Shown: positions 17,831-37,934 of the stretch, in pieces
Layout of the letters: every line of letters starts with the position of its first letter
Numbering within the stretch: the stretch's first letter is position 1
Assembly: GCF_009914755.1 (NCBI RefSeq)
Contig: NC_060940.1
Length of the DNA stretch: 64,000 bases
From: the human T2T-CHM13v2.0 reference genome, Homo sapiens
Reading direction: 5' to 3' (one strand)
Program-made: the position numbers and the translations under genes
Notes under the pieces: model-generated
Database searches by the model: none
Told to the model about the DNA's origin: nothing
What the model saw: the letters and a program-made list of their open reading frames with translations, nothing else

Positions 17831-20800
17831 CGCCACATCCTTGCCTGTGGATTTTATTCACAAGTCCTGTGGCTCTCTCTACATCCCAGCCACCATGTGT
17901 TATTTCCTGTTTATATATATGACATCAAAGGTGCAGAAAGTAATGAACTAAATTGGAAGGATAAACATGTAGAAAAATAGAGGTAAATACTGACTACATA
18001 AAACCATCAGAATAAGAATTTTGGATGATCTATCTATTATTTATGTATCTATCTAACATCTATCTGTTCCTCCATCTGTAATTAAAATATATTACAGTTA
18101 GAGAACAGAGAAAAAAGTAGGAATATATGAATTTAAATTTTAATTCTTCTTAGATTGTCTCACAGCATCATTACATGACAGAAAATTTATAGGTCAGTAT
18201 CTGTTAACTATAAATGTAACATTTTTAAAGTATTCAAATACATTGAATTGCAGCATGAATAACATATTACAATCCATTCAAGTTTATTTTATTCCAGGAA
18301 CACAAAAATACAAATTTCATTTGCAATTCAAGAAAAACAGAAATCGATACATATGATTGATGTATATACACATTTAATGTATTTTTAAATGTACATTTTT
18401 AAAAAATAAAATTTTTCTAGGACAACTCCTTAAAATATCACTGAAAATAGTGTTATTAGATAATACCTTCCTAATAACTCTGGTATTACATAAGAAAACA
18501 AAATTAAAATTTCAGATTAGCTTAGAAACTAAAAATTTTAAAAATATTATTCTGTTCTCCATATGTTCATATTTAATATTATTTCTTGTTTTCATTCTTC
18601 TTCAGTGTTGCTCTACTAAAATATAACATACAATAGTTACTTTTGATTTCTGTTATTACTCAAAATTGTATACATTTTCTCATGCTCTTAATTTAGCTAT
18701 GCTACTTTTCTTTACTCCTGGAATTTTCACATTTGTGTTCACTCTCTTTTGAGTTCCCATAGTATCAAATAAGCTTTTTGCCCTCTTTCTGATTTGAAGG
18801 TTCATCTTCTCATAATTATTTTGTCCACTCAGTTTCTTTTCATTCTCAGTTAAGTGCCTCTCATCTGGCTTCTTTTCGTTTGTAAGGTTTCCTTTCATCT
18901 TAAGCCAGTCTTTTATTTATATTTTGATTCTGCTTCTTGGAGGACATGCATCCTGGAATTTTAAGGAAGAGGCCAAAAGTTTTGTTCAAGTTTTTACCTG
19001 ATATATTGGATTAAACTATCTAATGTACACACCCTTAATTTAAGTCTAGGGGCGACTGTCTACTCTCGATTTTGTATAGTATTATTTTTCTTAACATCCA
19101 AGTCCATCTTCATCTATTTGTATATGATCAATAAAAATATATTTGTCCAGAGCCCTGCTTTGGTTGAGTTACTTCTTTCTAAGTAGGAGAGGTAGCAGTT
19201 GAGACATGAGCTGGGTTCTGGGTCAGTTTAGAGGGCTGGGCGACATTCCTCCTTTTGGTCTGTATGACTGAATGAATGCGGTTCTTGCTGTCTCGCTCCT
19301 CTCCTTAACACATTGAGCCATTGCAGCAGATGAGAAGAAATAATCCTGATCTGCTATTCAGGTGGAACACTTGTTCTCTCCAACCACATCCATAGGTTGT
19401 ACTCACACTCGGCCAGAATGTATCCTGTCAATGATATGGAGATGTATCTAGCTATCCAGATAGATATCTACTTTGGTTTATGCTCTCTGGTTGCCCATAA
19501 ATTATCTCCTTAAAGTGAATATCAAAAGAGAGCTTGGTGATGGCAGTGTTATAAAATCCTCAAGATGCAGCACCCACACCCAGAGGAATTTGTAGATTCT
19601 AGGATTCTAATTCAGATACCAAACTATATAAAAGGGGCATTGGTCATTGAGGGTTGCTAGGCTCTTTGTGGAGCATATTTGCTCTTTTCATGACTTTGAA
19701 ATTATTTTAAAAATCTAACCTTTTTCTCGGTGTGCTGCAAGATGATTTGATTTTAATGCACAAGCACTAATTCTCCCCTAAGATTTGTACAATATGTTTG
19801 CTCTGACAAGCCACAGCCAGCAACTCTCTTCACAGCAATTTATAGCATTTCCAACACAATTTGAATTATTTTTAACTAGACTCTCTTTGCCTTAATAAAA
19901 ATATGAAGAAGCAATATACTTGTTCTAGTTAGGTTCAAAAGTTGGCAGTCTCTCTCCTGGAAAGAATAATAAAACTTTTCAGCGGCCTAATATGCATCTA
20001 TAGACACACACACATGCAAGCACTATTCATAATATTTAAAGCACATTCTGTTCTATGACTTCATTTGTCTAGCACAAAATAAAACGATCTCAGTATATGT
20101 CAAGTACCAATTGTTTCGTATGGCCAATTATAGGTATTTTATTTTTTAAAGATTAGAGTGTTCTTGAAGCTCTTTCTATTTCTTTGTCAATGAACTAAAC
20201 ATTGGCAAATATGTAGGGTTTCCCACATAAGAACATTATTAACATCAAAATAGAAAGCTGGTGGTAGAAATAATGATTGGGAACACAGAGTCTCTACTCA
20301 GCGTTCTACTTCTGCCATACCATAACTTTGTGATCTCACGAAATATCTCTCCATGTTCTCATCCCTATGTATAGTTCTGTCATTTTTCAATAAGAGCTTT
20401 TTGCTTAATTATGAAGTACTAGTTACTATAACCATTATTTTGAGCTTCATGTAAATCAAGAACACATGGACTCCACTTGCAAAACATTGAAAATGTAGTT
20501 AGGGATTGGGGGCACAAAGCAACATTTTAAAATGTGTAAAGACAATGAGTAAGCAACAAAGTGTCCAATTTTTTAGGCGAAAGTTGCATATGTCAGGAAA
20601 AGGCAGGATTAAGTAACAGAGAATTTGAATGATAACTGGCCAATTGGTGTCGTTTACAATTGCAAGTCATACAAATGAAGTTTGCTTTTTTAAAGAGAAA
20701 AGGAGTTAGTTAGAATGGGTCAAACTATCGGGGAAGCAATGTAGTTAGAGACAATGCCCAAAACCATGTGAGCAAATGCTCTGTAGAGCGCACCCCTGCA

Positions 20801-21780
20801 ATGCTGCCATTGTGAGGCCAAGTCTCTCCTTGTCTTGGTACTGAGCCCTCCATTCTGCCTCCATCATTGCCACAAATGATCCCACTGTAGCTGCCACAAA
20901 ATGATCCCTCAACCACCGCTGCCCAGGAACAAAGAAAGAATTCTGTCCTTCCGCGCTCTCAGATCAATTTCCAACATCAGGTGAGACTTTGATGGGCACT
21001 ATTCAGTTCCCAAATCCCTGAAATAGATGCAGTAAAAACACAGAAATTGCCTATGTGTTTCCCAATAAGACACATATGGAAGCCTGTTTTCCCACAACAG
21101 GAAGGGGTTTCCACGATGGGTGCTCAAAGGAACAATATTCCCTGTAAACCATACTTTGCCCATATGAAGAAGAGCAATAAGGATTATTTAGTAAATAGAC
21201 ATGGAAACTCATCCAGGGTTGGTTGATGAGAAGCTGGTTAGCAAGGGGGTCTGCCTTCAGTTAGGACAAGGTCTGTGCTTCCCACGGGTTCTCTCCACAT
21301 CAGGAGGGATGCAAACTTCCCTTTCCTCCCCTGCACCTACCCTCAAATGGCCCAGAGGTCTTCAGGTGCTAGAATTTCTCAATGAATGCTGCACAAAATA
21401 ACAGACAGCCTTGACTGTCACTGTCTGTTCTCATGAAGCTAGTCTCTGCTTACTACATAAAACAGAAGAGTAAGAACAAGGGTGTTAAACACTACCCTAG
21501 CTCAAACAAGTTTCTCTCTGTAGGATGCGAAGAACCTGGGAACCAGTGCATCTGCTGCTTTCCCTTCTCGGATTCTAGCCCAGACAAAAGAGGCAAGGGG
21601 CATTTCTTCAGAGACCTTGAGCTTCACTACACAATGCCCCAGGCTCTACATGCACCCTCTTTATATATTTCTACCTTGAAAAAAAATTTTATATAATAAC
21701 ATATTTTTATATAAGGAACACATATGTTTATTTTATAGATAGATATACATAGATAAAGATCTCTAGTCTGCCTTTTTTAA

Positions 21781-22076
21781 GGCTGAGCTGATCGCGGTGC
21801 CCCAAAACTATAATCCCAGCACTTTGGGAGGCCAAGGTGGCCAGATCTCTTGAGTCCAGGAGATGGAGATCAGCCAGGGCAAGATGGTGAAACCCCATCT
21901 TTACAAAATTAGCTAGTATGGTGTCATGCACTTGCAGTCCCTGCTACTCAGGAGACTGAGGTGGGAGAATCGCTTGAGCACAGTATGTGAAGGCTTCAGT
22001 GAGCTCTGATCACATGACTGCACTCCATCTTGGGTGACAAAGTGAGACCCACTCTCAAAATAAAATAAAATAAAAA
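21781..22076 (+). mobile_element. Alu (AluJ-like)
   Basis: Diverged dimeric Alu with (TAAAA)n tail. Confidence 0.88.
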
Positions 22077-23110
22077 GGCTACCACCATACTCACAGATAA
22101 GTGTGTCAGGTATATTTGCAGCTATCTTTCCTATATTCTATTTGGTAAAAAAAAAAAAAATTGCAAAGAACTCTTCTCATTCTAGATTTTTGTATTAATT
22201 AGACATTTGAAGTTTATAGCAGAAGAGCTATAATCATGTTTGGTATGTGTACTCTATAGACCAGATAGTGCAAACATATATCAATGCTTTTTAAAAGTAT
22301 ATAAGGTTATTAGAAATATTTTAAACTACCTATAGGTATATATGTATCTAATTCAACTATCAAATCAAGTAAGATCATTTCCTTAGCGTGTGAAATGCAC
22401 TCAATTTATTAAAATATTTTCTAATGTCTATTACAATAATATTTCTTAATTAGCTAACATAAGAGGAGTTTTAAGACATTTATTTATATGTACTTACTAG
22501 ATTCAAACTCGATTCCACTATTTTCAGAAATCATGCTCCGAGACAAGTCCTTTTTTTATCTAACTCTGTTTCTACCTATATTAAAAGACAGATATGTCAA
22601 TTTTGCTAATCATGCTGTTCCAAACCTCTCCATCCTATTTTTCGGTTTGTTCTACCAGTCATTCAGAGACTTACTTATATGCAAATTTCTCTCTAGGTTT
22701 AACATTTGTGTATGTCTTCTTGTGTTTTTGTCTATTTTTGCTGTATATAATTTATTTATTGACATATACATGCAGAAAAGTACAATGATTAAATATGGAT
22801 AGCTTCATTAATGAAACACATGTATTTGCTTATAACCATGTATGAAAATAGAACATTACTAAAAATAGAGATACTTCTCCTGCCCCTTTCCAAACACTAA
22901 CCCTCATCCTCAATAGTAACAGATTTTTTTTTATCATAGAGTAATTTGGTCTATTTTCAAATTTTTATTAAATAAATCAGAGTATCTACTCTAAGTCTAT
23001 GTTTCTTTCATTGTTGTTATTTTGCTTATAGTATTTATCTGCTAATGGACATGGTAGATTAAAGACGGCTACATACACATTTTTTAATTAATAGATTTTT
23101 TGAGCACTTT

Positions 23111-23237
23111 GTGGCTCATGCCTCTAATCCCACCACTTTGGGAGGCTGAGGTGCGGGGATCATGAGGTCAGGAGATCGAGACCATCCTGGCCAACGTGGT
23201 AAAACCCCTTCTCTACTAAAATACAAAAAATTAGCTG
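23111..23237 (+). mobile_element. Truncated Alu (left arm and linker only)
   Basis: gtggctcatgcct...ctactaaaatacaaaaaattagctg, then non-Alu sequence. Confidence 0.88.
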
Positions 23238-23384
23238 CTACATAACATCAAGATAACATGTGGGTTCTTAGCTGCACTGAGTCAAGCCTACTTACATCTT
23301 TGTTTGTCTTCCTCTGCACTTTTCCTTCCACATCACACTCCAGGAATGCCAAGCTGTGCTGGCTGTCTACCCCATTTCCACTAT

Positions 23385-24758
23385 TTTGCCCCCGCCGACG
23401 CGGCTTTTTGCCGTCGTGGATTTTTGACCCCGCCGCTGCGGGTTTTTGCGGCTTTCTGCCCCCGCCGCCGCGGCTTTCTGCCCCCGGCCTCGCGGAATTT
23501 AGCCCCTGCCGCCGCGGCTTTTGGGGCTCTTTGCCCTCGCCGCCGTGGCTTTTTGCCGCCGCAGCTTTTTGGGTCTTTCTCCCCCCACCGCCGCGGCTTT
23601 TTGCCCTAGCCTTTGCGGCTTTTTCCCCCTGCTGCCACAGCTTTTTGCCCTCGCCACCGTGAATTTTTCCGCCGCGGCTTTTTGTCACCGCCGCCGCGGC
23701 TTTTTACGGCTTTTGGCCCCCGGCGCCGCGGCTTTTTACTGCTTTTCGCCCCCGCCGCCGCAGGTTTTTCCCGCCGTGGCTTCTTGCCCTGCCGCCCCGG
23801 CTTTTTGCGGCTTTTTGCCGCCATGGCTTTTGGCCCAGGCCACCGCGGCTTTTTACGCCTTTCCGCCCCCGCCGCCGCGGCTTTTTTCCCCCTCCGCCAC
23901 AGGTTTTTCCAGCCGCGGCTTCTTGCCCCCACTGTCAGGGCTTTTTGTGTCGTTTTGCCCCCCGCCGCCGCGGCTTTTTGCTGCTATTTGCCCCTGCCAC
24001 CGCAGCTTTTTGCCTCCGCTGCCGCGGCTCCTTGCCCCCTACGCGGCTTCCTGCCCCCACCGCCGCGGCTTTTTATCACCCCAGCCGCTTTTTGCCCCCG
24101 CCGCCAGGGTTTTTTGCTCCTGCCGCGGAGGGTTTTTGCGCCTTCATGTCCCCGCCGTCGTGGCTTTTTGCCGCCCCTGCTTTTTGCCCCCTCTGTCGCG
24201 GCTTTTTGCGGCTTTTTACCCCCTCCGCCGTGGCTTTTGGCACCGGACGCTGCGGCTTTTTGAGGCTTTTTGCCCCCGACGCTGCGGCTTTTTGCTGCCG
24301 CCGCACCGTTTTGCCCCCGCCGCGACTTTTTCCACCGCCGCCGCATCTTTTTGCCGCCGCGGCTTCTTACCCCGCCACCGCGGTTTTTATCCCGGCCGTC
24401 GCGGCTTTCTGACCCCGATGCTGTGGCTTTTTACGGCTTTTTGCCCCCGTCACCACAGCTTTTTGTCGCCGCGGCTGTTTGCCTCGGCCGCCCTGGCTTG
24501 TTGCCCCCGCCGCCGTGGCTTGTTGCCCCCGTCGCCCCGGCTTTTTCCCCCACCGCCCCGGCTTTTGGACCCCACCGTTGCGGCTTTTTGCGCCCGCTGC
24601 CGCGGCTTTTTGTGGCTTTTTGCCCCCGCCGCCGCGGCTTTTTGCCGACGCGGCTTTTTACTCCCGCCGCCACAGGTTTTTACCCCTGCGGCTTTTTCAC
24701 CCTGCCGTCGCGTGTTTTTGCCCCCACCGCCGTGACTTTTTACCCCCACCGCCGCGGG
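23385..24758. repeat. GC-rich degenerate tandem repeat (GCCGCCGCGGCTTTTTGCCCCC)n; minus strand resembles the pericentromeric CAAAAAGCGGG-type repeat
   Basis: Directly visible units of about 21-22 bp mixed with shorter GCGGCTTTTT units; CpG-rich, very few A on the + strand. Confidence 0.95.
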
Positions 24759-24909
24759 TCTGAGGGCGGGATCAGCAGACTCAGCTGCCAGATCTACCTG
24801 CGTCCTGGCTAAGGCAGCGCCGAGGGTCACTCCTGGTCCAGCTCTCCCGGTTCGGGGGTTCCTTGCCTAGACACCCGCGCCCCAGGCTCTGTTCCTGGGC
24901 AGCTGCAGC

Positions 24910-25140
24910 CAGCATAGAGCTGCGCTGCGCTTGGCCCCGATGGGAGAGAAGAAGGAGAGCGGTGGAGGGGGTGACGCGGCTATCGCGGAGGGAGGCGCAG
25001 GGGCCGCAGCCAGCCGGGTGCTGCAGCAGTGCGGGCAGCTTCAGAAGCTCATCGGCATCTCTCTTGGCAGCCTGCGCGGGCTGCCCACCAAGTGCACTGT
25101 GTCCAAGGACCTCACCCAGCAGGAGATACGGACCGTGCAG
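24910..25140 (+). pseudogene. KSR1: Duplicated, unprocessed KSR1 exon 1 fragment (N-terminal CA1/CC-SAM coding region); not the KSR1 locus itself
   Basis: Translation (QH)[75 protein letters not shown] matches the recalled KSR1 N-terminus; phase-0 donor CAG|GTAAGG at 25140/25141; first ATG lost, second ATG at 24940; no further KSR1 exons recognised. Confidence 0.9.
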
Positions 25141-25964
25141 GTAAGGGGATCAGGGACCAGAGCTGGGCTCCAGCACCAGACTGGACATCTCCCTCGGGGC
25201 CCCAGTTCACTCCTGGCCGAGTTGCATCCTTGAGCCTGCGTCACCCCCTTGGAGGCTTCTCCTCCCTCCTGCACTCGCTGATGCGGCAGCTGGAGGACCC
25301 GGGACCAGCCCTCACCTTGGGCAGGATTTGTGGGGTAGGTGCGTGTTGGGAACTGTGATGGAGGCTCAAGGGGCCCGTGGGCGGGGTGGGCTGCGCGCGG
25401 ACATCCCCTTACGCCTCGAATTTCCATCTGGTGCAGCCTTCTCATCTTGTAGGTGAGGAAACCGAAGGCCTGAGGGAGAAATGACTTGCCAGGAACCCCT
25501 GTTAAGGAAAATTAACAAAGTGTGGTTATCAAAGGAGAACTGAGTTCAGATTCAAACCTGGAGTCCCACACCCTTGGTTAAGACATTATATCACCTTGAG
25601 TCTGGCCTGTTGACTGAGGGTGAGGCACTCCATCCTTGTCTGATTGTGGGGTCTTGACCTCAAATGGTTTCCTGCAGGAAGAAGCAAATGGGTTTGCTTT
25701 CCTAGCTCTGTCCAGTACCTTAGGGACCCTGAGAACTGGAGAGATTCTTGGAGAGCCATCTGGTGTATGTCACGGGTGGGCCTTGTTTGAAGGTCAGTCT
25801 GCCCAGTGGGCTGGCTCAGCCCGAATGAACTGTCTTGAATCTTTGGAGATGTCTGGGTACTTTTAAGGGTTTCTCATCCTTGCACCAAAAGATCCCCTGG
25901 AAATTAGGTGGGAAAACCTTAACTTTTGTGGAGCCTTGTATTTGTCTTAAAAGTTCATGCACAT

Positions 25965-26230
25965 AGCCAGGTGTGGTGGCTCACACCTGTTATCCTGTCC
26001 TGGATCCCTTGAGTCAAGGAGTTAGAGACCAATCTGGACAATATAGTGAGACCCCATCTCTACAAAAAATAAAATATTAGCCAGGAGTGGTTGTGCACAT
26101 CTGTAGTCCTAGCTACTACTGTGGCTGAGGCGGGAGGAGCACTTGAGCCTGCACTGAGCTGTGATCTCACCAGTGTATTCCAGCCTGGGCCACAGAACAA
26201 CACCTTGACTCAAAAAAAAAAAAAAAAAAA
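25965..26230 (+). mobile_element. Alu (AluJ-like, internally deleted)
   Basis: gccaggtgtggtggctcacacctg...cagcctgggc plus polyA. Confidence 0.85.
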
Positions 26231-26911
26231 CCCAACAAGAAAAATTCTTGAAGATTTTGCATTCTGTCCCACTATCCATTGGTTTTCATGTCAAGATAAT
26301 GTTAGAAATTCTTTACAATTGCTTCCAGAAGGAGTAGCCTTTTGATCTAGTGCACAGGTGTCCAGTCTTTTGGCTTCTCAGGGCCACATTGGAAGAAGAA
26401 TGCTCCTGGGCCACAGATAAAATACACTACTGCTAATGATAGCTGATGAGCTTAAAAAAAAAAGGTTTGTGCATAATTTTCATGATACCCACCACCACAG
26501 ATAGGCGGAAAAGTCCTTGTAGTCAAAGGGTTGGACAGGGCTGATCTAGTGTCTTGTCGTCCGTTTTGGCTTTCTCCCTGACTCCAGAATGCAGGTAGAG
26601 ATGTAGAGACATGCTCCCAGGACAGCTGTTGAGATAAAAAAAAATTCATTGTCATTTATTCCCAAGGACAGCTGTTTGCCATTTGCATTGAAAAAGTCTC
26701 CATTCAAACTGCTGTCACATATAAAATCTACTTATATAAGTCTGTATTTTTCTGTTGTCTTGGCCTTTGTGGGCAGTAGTGTGTTTTAACCGAGCAAACT
26801 GTCCTTCCAAATAATGAAGCCGAAGTCAGCCTACCTGCTTGCCATTTTTCTTCCCCTTCCATTTTTCTAACCTCAGGATAATTGTAAGAATGAATTAAGA
26901 TTTGTGTGTAA

Positions 26912-27055
26912 GGCCAGGCACAGTGTCTCAGGCCTGTAATCCCAGCACTTTGGGAGGCGGAGACGGATGTATCGCTTGAGCTCAGGAGTTGAAGACCAGC
27001 CTGGGCAAAATACTGAGACTCCGTCTTGTGTAATTAAATTAAAATTTTAAAAAAG
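26912..27055 (+). mobile_element. Alu monomer (FLAM/AluJ left arm)
   Basis: ggccaggcacagtg...gagctcaggagttgaagaccagcctgggc. Confidence 0.82.
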
Positions 27056-29220
27056 AAGAGAAAAGGACCTGTGTTTAAAATTTTAAAAAAGGGGGGAAAG
27101 TGTAATGCAAAATGTGGACCATGCTAGCTATGACTGGGAAAAATAATTTTTCCTGCAGCATTATCTGTAGACTTGTGTTAGCAGCATACTGGTCATAAGC
27201 GTTTTGCTTTCGTCAAATATGATGAGGTAAGCTATTTTAAAGTGTGGTGGTGCTTTCTTCTGCATGGCTCCTGGAGGTGTTGAGTCCCAATTTAGCCAAT
27301 TAATTTGGGTTTAATTTTGATATGGATAAGGGAGACCAGCTTCATTCATGGTGCACACACAGTTTTGCCAGTAAGGAAAAAAAAAGCAACCTGAATGTTC
27401 CTACTCAGTAGATGCTATCTGGAGAGCTCCTACCCCACCCCCACCAAGGCCCGGGCCATTAAAAAGACTCAATGCAGCCTTTCTGGATCTCATACTGTAT
27501 TCTGCAAGATACTCCTGTGAAAGAAAGTTGTGCTGCATCAGCCATCTCCCTCCTGAAGATCCCTGCGGATGAGGATTTGTGTTTTGAAAGTTCTGAGAAT
27601 TCCTGCAACAACAATTCTCAAACTTATTTGTCCAGGGGATCTTTTCTTCCACTGAATGTAGTTGGGGAGACACGGCCTTAAGCCTTGAGCAGAGAAAGAG
27701 ACAGAGAGCAGCAGCTGGGTGCATGATCCAAGTGTACGGTTCTGCCTGTAGGTGGAGGGAGGAAGGTGCATTCCCAGAGCTAACACACTGTGGATTTTTA
27801 TACAGAATACATGTTTTCAACTGATTTATTGGAAGGCATATGAAAAAATGGGCAGTCCACAAACAATTGTAATTTCCAGATTTACCACAATTGCATTATT
27901 TCTTCATTCTGCACGATGTCCTGGAACAGAGTTGCATTTTTCATGAGTATTGTTTCATGGATTGAGAACATGAATTTCACACCTACATTTTTAGCCATGT
28001 GCAGAGACCTTGAGTAGAGCATGTCTGGACCTCATCTACACTATCTCTCATGCCCCAAGGGAAAGAGTGGAGACTTGACTGACAGCAAACTTTGGGGAAT
28101 TAATGAACGTTAATATTTTCTTATAGACGAATAAACATATTGGGCTAGAAGATCTACTCAGTGGGAAAAGTAAGGTTTTAGTTATCCCTGTTGAAAGTTT
28201 TTTTTTCATTTATTTTGCTGCATTTGAAAAGCTGGTGATCTTAACATTGCCTATATTTTTAATAATCTTAAGATTTTTTAGTTTTTATGTTTTGTTAGGG
28301 ATCAGGCAATGGAAGATGCATATTTATAGATGAAACTTACAATATAAGGTAAATATTGACTTACTAATAGTTATGCGAGAATATTTATTTGATCCCAATT
28401 TTATATAGTTGAGTGTGTGAAGTTGCAGGTCAAGATAACTTGGAGTTTCAACACCAAGTTTTATTCATGTGTTCATTGATGAACAGGATGCCTCCAATGT
28501 GGAGAAATTTACAATGAATAAGCATGAATAGGACCTGGCCAGTGAGCTTTCAGTCTAGCAAGGAATGTAGAACAGGAACATAGCAACTCTAATCCAATGT
28601 AGAGAGAGAGACAATTTTAAATCCAATTGAAAAATAAATAGCTGTGTTAGACTGAGGCCATCAAATAAAGCTTCATGCAATAAGCAGCAATAGGTCTTCA
28701 AAGATGACAGTTTAGCAAAAGGCACAAAAGTGAAAAGTGCAGAGCATTAAGTAGTGTATGGTTTAGTGTGCTGGAAATAACAGGTTGGACAAGAGTTGTG
28801 ACTAGGATAAACAGCAAAAAGGATTTATGAGAGCCTGATGGCCACTAGTGACTGGGTAAGATGTGTACACTTTCTGTGCAGGAAAAGGGACAAAGCTTTT
28901 GAGCAGCAGAGAAACATGATCAGAGGGATGCATGAGGAAGGTCCTGAAAACCCTAATGAGTAATCTTGGTTAAACCATTTCACTATAACTCAAGTTTTGC
29001 ATGTATATACTATAATAGAAACAACATTTGTGCTCTTCCCATATGTAGAGAGGTCAAAAGAAAATCTGTTCATATAATCTTCCAAGCCAGTCACAAAGAC
29101 TAAGACAAAACACTTACATAAATAAAATTCATAAGATGAATTTTAAAAGATGAAAGATAGTCAATACATTTTATTTTATAACTTGGAAATTTAAACTCCT
29201 GAAAATATACCTTAATTTAA

Positions 29221-29863
<643 letters not shown>

Positions 29864-30127
29864 TTATAATTGATAAAAAATTCTGTAAATTTGCAGAATA
29901 CAACACCTACATACAAAAATTGGTGGCATTGCTAAATGCAAACAGCAAAAAATCAATAAAGCATTTTGTTTATAATAGCTAAAAATTATATTTCATATTA
30001 CCAAATAAGTGAAAGATTTCTAAAAGGAAACCAAAAATGATTGATAATAAAATATAAAGCAAACACACACAAATTGAAAATATATCTGAAATATTCCATG
30101 TTCATGGTTCAGAAAAATTAATAGTTA

Positions 30128-36225
<6,098 letters not shown>

Positions 36226-36229
36226 TCCC

Positions 36230-37915
36230 AAGAACACACAGTGAAGGATGGACAGTCTCCCCAATATATGATGTAAAAACTGGACATCCATATGCAAAAG
36301 AAATAAAATTAGACCTTCTCTAACACCATATTCAAAAATAAACTAAAAATGAACATAATCTGAAGCCACAAACTCATAGACCACATGGAAAAAAACTTCC
36401 TGTCATTGATTCAGAAATGATTTCTTTGAATTTAATAGAAAAAAGCACAGGAAAAAAACTATGTGCAATTATATATCTGACATAAGTTCTATCCAAAAGT
36501 ATAAATAACTCATGCAACTCAATAGAAAATAACAAATGATCTGATAAAAAGGGCAAAAACTGGATAGGTTTTTCTTCAGAAAACACACACATGGAAAACA
36601 GAGCCTAAAAGGGTTCTCAACATTACTAATTATCAGAGGAATTCAAATCAAAATCATGATGAGATATCACCTCCCACCACTTAAAATGGCTGTTATCAGC
36701 AAGACATATAACACATATTGGCAAGAATGTGCTGAAAAGGGAAACCTTTTAGGGTGTGGTAGGATTGGTTACTCAATAAATTGAAAAATAAAGCTATCAT
36801 ATCATCTGGTGATCCCACTTCTTGTTATTTATTCAAAGAAGTAAAATTACTATGTTAAACACATGCTGATTGTAAGATTATTTATAATAGTGTAGATTTG
36901 TAAAAGAATTTAATGACCATAGATTGATGAATGTATAAAGAAAATGTGTATACATAAAACTGAATTTTATTCAGCTTTGAAAAGAAGGAAATTCTGACAT
37001 TTGCAACAACATGGATGGGCCTGGAGGACATGATGCTAAGTGGAATAAGCCAGATGCAGAAAGACAAATGCTGCATGATCTCATTTACATGTGGGATCTA
37101 AAATACCCAAGCTCTTGAAAGCAGAGAGTAAAATAATGCGTCCCAGGATGCGGGAGGAGAGGGAAATTGGGTGATGTTTTAAAGTGTACAGAATTTCAGG
37201 TGTGCAGGTTGAATGAGTTCTGGAGATCTAATGTACAGCAATGTTCCTGTATTTAATACTGTGTTATAAAAGTGATTTTTGCTGAAAGGGTAGATCTTAG
37301 ATATTCTCATCACACACACACACACACACACACACACTCCATTTAAAAAAAATGTATGTGAGATGATAGATACACAAATTACCTTGATCATGATGAGCAT
37401 TTTACAATGTGTATCTGATATGGTTTGCAACTTGTCCTGGCCTGAATCTCGTGTTGTATTATAATCCTCAATCCTGAAGCTGGGACCCAGTGGGAGAGGC
37501 TTGGGTCATGGGGTGGGTCTTTCATGAATGGTTTAGTACCGACTCTTCGTGCTGTTCTCATAATATTGTGTGAGTTATCATAAGATCTGTTTGTCTAACT
37601 GTGTAGACCTCCCTCTCTTCCTGTGGCCCCTGCTTTGGCCATGTGACGTGTCTACTACTATTTGTCTTCTGCTATGGTTCTAACTTTCCTGAGTATCACC
37701 AGAAGGAGAAGCCACTACACTTCCTGTACAGTCTGCAGAAAAATGAACCAATTAAGCATCTTTTTTTTGTTTCAAATTACTCAGTCTCAGGCATTTCTTT
37801 ATAGCAGTGTGAGACTGGACTAACACAATATCAAAACATGAAGTGGTGCACCTTAAACATATACATTTAAAAATATTTCAGTTGTACCTCAGTAAAACTG
37901 AAAAAAATAAAGTTA
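36230..37915 (+). mobile_element. L1MA-type 3' region, interrupted by an LTR and a (CA)n repeat
   Basis: tttgcaacaacatggatgggcctggaggacatgatgctaagtggaataagccag; gagttctggagatctaatgtacagc. Confidence 0.8.
37416..37827 (+). mobile_element. MST/THE1-type MaLR solo LTR
   Basis: Termini tgatatggtttg ... ggactaacaca; 5-bp flanks gtatc/atatc. Confidence 0.88.
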
Positions 37916-37934
37916 CTTTTATAATAAATAAATA

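Noticed and set aside
15500-21700. Repeat-poor stretch possibly containing exons
   Set aside because: No ORF or splice pattern I can tie to a known gene; needs a homology search.
23385-24758. CRISPR-like or telomere-associated array
   Set aside because: No unique spacers, no cas genes, no TTAGGG; eukaryotic tandem repeat.
23248-24830. 404-aa and many overlapping ORFs on both strands
   Set aside because: Translation of the GC repeat; open in several frames because stops are compositionally rare; no domain similarity.
27401-27862. 153-aa minus-strand ORF
   Set aside because: No recognisable homology, codon bias or splice structure.
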